DNA of 64,000 bases from an uncultured virus (IMG/VR IMGVR_UViG_3300042691_030539) (taxonomy: Duplodnaviria; Heunggongvirae; Uroviricota; Caudoviricetes): IMG/VR virus record IMGVR_UViG_3300042691_030539; one strand, given 5' to 3'. Below, piece after piece: positions 61,462 through 64,000 of this stretch. Position 1 is the stretch's first letter; each line of letters begins with the position of its first letter. A model generated the notes under the pieces. It did not search any database. It saw nothing but the letters and a program-made list of their open reading frames with translations, and had not been told where the DNA came from. A program made the translations under genes and the position numbers.

Positions 61462-61632
61462 ATGAAAAAGTTTTTATTTATAATGTGTTTATTATTGGTG
61501 GTGTTGGCAGCATGTCTCAAACCAAAAGAAGATGTACAAGTGACAAATACAAATCAGCAAATACTTATAAAAGTGGATGCGGAGCATAATGATGGTGGTA
61601 TAGTAAGTTCTCCTATTGTAGTTGTTCGTTAA
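61462..61632 (+). CDS. 56-aa lipoprotein (not in ORF track)
   Basis: Lipobox LAAC; C-terminal IKVDAEHNDGGIVSSPIVVVR. Confidence 0.7.
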   Translation: MKKFLFIMCLLLVVLAACLKPKEDVQVTNTNQQILIKVDAEHNDGGIVSSPIVVVR

Positions 61633-61643
61633 AATAATGTCAT

Positions 61644-62099
61644 ATGGTATATAAGAAATTGTATTCCGCAGAAGAGGTGGATTTAGTAGAATATGTTAAT
61701 CACTATCTATCAGCAAATGAGAATGTTCAAATCCTAATAGGTTGTGATTCGCAAAATTTTGTAGATAAGACTGTGTATGCCATAGTAGTCGCTTTGTATA
61801 AAAATGGTAAAGGTGCACACGTACTATACAATCGTTGGAAAACTCCTGTAGAACCGACAAGGAATATTAGATTATTAAATGAAGTGTGGTATGCGGTAGA
61901 AGTTGCAGAACATTTAAAAAAAGCAGGATTACCCAAAGTGAAATGGATTGATATTGATATTAATCCTGACCCTAAATACAAATCCAATGAGGTTCTACGG
62001 CAAGCAGTTGGTATGGTTGAGGGTATGGGATATTCGGTTAGGTATAAAACACTTGGTCCAATCGCAACTTATGCGGCAGACCATTTGGTAAAAATATAA
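61644..62099 (+). CDS. RNase H-like YkuK (DUF458) family protein
   Basis: IGCDSQ, GKGA, RLLNEV, IDIN, KSN, AAD.L. Confidence 0.82.
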   Translation: MVYKKLYSAEEVDLVEYVNHYLSANENVQILIGCDSQNFVDKTVYAIVVALYKNGKGAHVLYNRWKTPVEPTRNIRLLNEVWYAVEVAEHLKKAGLPKVKWIDIDINPDPKYKSNEVLRQAVGMVEGMGYSVRYKTLGPIATYAADHLVKI

Positions 62100-62138
62100 T
62101 TTGGTATTGTAACAAATTTTGTATATATTGGTTACAAT
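62100..62138 (+). promoter_or_regulatory. Bacteroidota-type promoter with flanking inverted repeat
   Basis: TTTG-20 nt-TATATTGG; ATTGTAAC-17 nt-GTTACAAT. Confidence 0.7.
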
Positions 62139-62141
62139 TAT

Positions 62142-62213
62142 GGCCTCGTCGTCTAATGGTTAGGACGTCACCCTTTCACGGTGAAGATTTCGGTTCGACT
62201 CCGTGCGAGGCTA
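62142..62213 (+). tRNA. tRNA-Glu(TTC)
   Basis: TCACC-CTTTCAC-GGTGA. Confidence 0.9.
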
Positions 62214-62219
62214 CAAAAT

Positions 62220-62292
62220 GCCCGAGTAGCTCAGTTGGTAGAGCTTCTGATTTGTAATCAGATGGTCGCAGGTTCGAGTCCTGTCTCTGGCT
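62220..62292 (+). tRNA. tRNA-Thr(TGT)
   Basis: TCTGA-TTTGTAA-TCAGA. Confidence 0.93.
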
Positions 62293-62351
62293 CAAAAGGA
62301 CTTTAATGGATGGTGTACACATCTGAAGCAGGTTAGTCCCACCTGTAAAAA

Positions 62352-62425
62352 GGATTGGTAGTTCAGTTGGTTAGAATGCCGCCCTGTCACGGCGGAGGTC
62401 GCGAGTTCGAGTCTCGTCCATTCCG
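62352..62425 (+). tRNA. tRNA-Asp(GTC)
   Basis: CCGCC-CTGTCAC-GGCGG. Confidence 0.95.
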
Positions 62426-62505
62426 CAAAACACAATTCGGTTGTATATGCAATTAGCTCGGCAACCGCTCGCACTTGAAGATGTAAAGTGATTGTGTTCA
62501 CATAT

Positions 62506-62580
62506 GGCCTCGTAGTTCAATGGATAGAACGGGTGACTTCTAATCTCCAGATCCAAGTTCGATTCTTGGCGAGGCTACCA
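62506..62580 (+). tRNA. tRNA-Arg(TCT), CCA encoded
   Basis: GGTGA-CTTCTAA-TCTCC; GGCCTCG/CGAGGCT-ACCA. Confidence 0.92.
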
Positions 62581-62581
62581 T

Positions 62582-62655
62582 CGGGGAATAGTACAGTCCG
62601 GTAGTATGCATGGTTTGGGACCATGAGGTCGTAGGTTCGAATCCTGCTTCCCCGA
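62582..62655 (+). tRNA. tRNA-Pro(TGG)
   Basis: CATGG-TTTGGGA-CCATG. Confidence 0.94.
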
Positions 62656-62664
62656 CAAAAAAGA

Positions 62665-62696
62665 TTTGGAAATGTTGAAAAATATTTCTATCTTAC
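62665..62696 (+). promoter_or_regulatory. Bacteroidota-type promoter
   Basis: TTTG-20 nt-TATCTTAC; boxA-like AGTTCTTTAA at 62701. Confidence 0.65.
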
Positions 62697-62715
62697 ATTT
62701 AGTTCTTTAAGAAAT

Positions 62716-62802
62716 GCCCTTGTGGTGGAATAGGTAGACACGCAGGACTTAAAATCCTGTTCGCCGAAAAAGCGAGTACGAGTTCGATTCTCGTTGGGGG
62801 CA
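62716..62802 (+). tRNA. tRNA-Leu(TAA)
   Basis: CAGGA-CTTAAAA-TCCTG, long variable arm. Confidence 0.93.
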
Positions 62803-62840
62803 CACATTATCGTTCTTTGACATATAAGGAGAAACAAATT

Positions 62841-63161
62841 ATGGAAATACTATCATTCATTTTAGGGATAGCGTTGGTGGTGGTTATTGCACTTGCAATA
62901 GTTGCTATTTACACTTTCGTTAAGGTAGGAAAATTAGCAAATGCTGTGAGAGATTTTGATATTAGAGAATCATCTATATATCAGAATATGCAATCAGAAG
63001 TAGGAGCATTACATAGAAGAGTAGATGAATTGGATAATAATATCGGTAGAAGAATTGATGATTTTGAAAGAGATATTTACTCCCAATTAGATTCTAGATT
63101 AGACAAGTTAGAAAACAAATTAACTGGCAATGTTGCCACAAAACAAAATTTAAAAGCATAA
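62841..63161 (+). CDS. N-terminal TM, coiled-coil protein (start revised to ATG 62841)
   Basis: TM then heptads, C-terminal LDSRLDKLENKL; AAGGAG upstream. Confidence 0.7.
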   Translation: MEILSFILGIALVVVIALAIVAIYTFVKVGKLANAVRDFDIRESSIYQNMQSEVGALHRRVDELDNNIGRRIDDFERDIYSQLDSRLDKLENKLTGNVATKQNLKA

Positions 63162-63186
63162 AATAGTTAAAGAACGATAATGTAAT

Positions 63187-63260
63187 GGGGAAGTAGCTCA
63201 GTTGGCTAGAGCACTTGATTTGCATTCAAGGGGTCATGGGTTCGACTCCCTTCTTCTCCA
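63187..63260 (+). tRNA. tRNA-Ala(TGC)
   Basis: G3.U70; CTTGA-TTTGCAT-TCAAG. Confidence 0.94.
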
Positions 63261-63265
63261 CATTT

Positions 63266-63339
63266 GGACCTATAGCTCAGTCGGTTAGAGCAAATGACTC
63301 ATAATCATTAGGTCCCTGGTTCGAGCCCAGGTGGGTCCA
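63266..63339 (+). tRNA. tRNA(CAT), probably Ile2 (lysidine-type); Met not excluded
   Basis: GGACCTA/TGGGTCC-A; AATGA-CTCATAA-TCATT; body resembles ileX-type tRNAs. Confidence 0.85.
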
Positions 63340-63431
63340 CATAAAAAAATAATATAAAATTAATAATATTTTTTATTATAATCCGTATATATGAATGATT
63401 ACCTTTATTTATTAAAATTCATAATCATTTT

Positions 63432-64000
63432 ATGGCCGGAAAAAAGATATTATTCATTCTCCGAAGGAGAGTTGACTATAACGTACAAAAACATGGAACT
63501 AATAAAAGTTTAAGTACGGGATTGTATAATTCGGCAACATATATGCACGAGATGTTATTGAATGCAGGTATTGATAGTAAAATGTGTGTTGTTGAAGATA
63601 ATAATAAAATCGATAAAGAGGTATCGGAGTATAAACCAACGCATGTTATTATAGAGGCGTTATGGGTTGTACCATCGAAGTTTAGTGTTTTATGTAAACT
63701 ACATCCAAACGTAAAATGGATAATACGTTTACATAGTGAGATACCATTTTTGGGTAACGAAGGAATAGCTTTTGATTGGATTGGTGATTATATAGAATTT
63801 CCTAACGTAATCATCGCACCAAATTCCAAAAGAGCATTGAAAGATGTTCGGAATTTTGTTAAAACTAAAACATATTGGGGTGATGAATACCTTAAAGAAA
63901 AGGTTATACTTTTACCAAATTCATATCCTATTGTTTGGAAAAGAAAAACCTACTCCCAAAAAGATGAATATATAGATATCGCTTGTTTTGGAGCAGTGAG
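63432..64000 (+). CDS. Glycosyltransferase-like (GT-B) protein, 3'-truncated (not in ORF track)
   Basis: MAGKKILFIL...STGLYNSA...KPTHVIIEALW...IRLHSE...IACFGAV, open to window end. Confidence 0.7.
   Translation, partial: MAGKKILFILRRRVDYNVQKHGTNKSLSTGLYNSATYMHEMLLNAGIDSKMCVVEDNNKIDKEVSEYKPTHVIIEALWVVPSKFSVLCKLHPNVKWIIRLHSEIPFLGNEGIAFDWIGDYIEFPNVIIAPNSKRALKDVRNFVKTKTYWGDEYLKEKVILLPNSYPIVWKRKTYSQKDEYIDIACFGAV

Noticed and set aside
62298..62346. Theta/HDV-like ribozyme or fluoride riboswitch after tRNA-Thr
   Set aside because: No P3/L3 between the P2 and P1 strands, and the crcB consensus is only superficially matched; kept as an unidentified pseudoknot.

Overview
The window is a 64-kb segment of a large, AT-rich, T4-like (jumbo-type) dsDNA phage genome. 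All credible genes are on the + strand and the standard genetic code fits. The host is most likely Bacteroidota: there are 13 TTTG-N19/20-TATMTT promoters, few recognisable Shine-Dalgarno sites, DUF4494- and Hc1-like genes, and a Bacteroidota-type TonB receptor. Layout: (1) 0-17.5 kb is a replication/nucleotide module (RecA/UvsX, 5'-3' exonuclease, GroES, helicase, class II RNR, PhoH, PolB, clamp, clamp loader, dUTPase, Cas4-like nuclease) with three Mom/DruA-like putative DNA-modification genes interspersed. (2) 17.5-44.5 kb is a very large glycan biosynthesis/modification island, including an amidinotransferase-2OG oxygenase-DegT/GT10 cassette. (3) 44.6-50 kb holds late/lysis genes and thyA. 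(4) 50-55 kb carries a TonB-dependent receptor plus lipoprotein behind a Pho-box-like repeat, then a secreted nuclease, AdoMetDC and a PRTase. (5) 56-64 kb is an RNA island with tmRNA, 14 tRNAs, a ~860-nt GOLLD-like RNA and several unidentified structured RNAs. The best candidate for an undescribed system is a complete leader-peptide transcription attenuator (1:2/2:3/3:4) at 58870-58996. Its Ile/Trp/Cys/His codons match the four tRNA genes directly downstream, suggesting a phage sensor of tRNA depletion. All family assignments come from motif recognition by eye; no searches were run.
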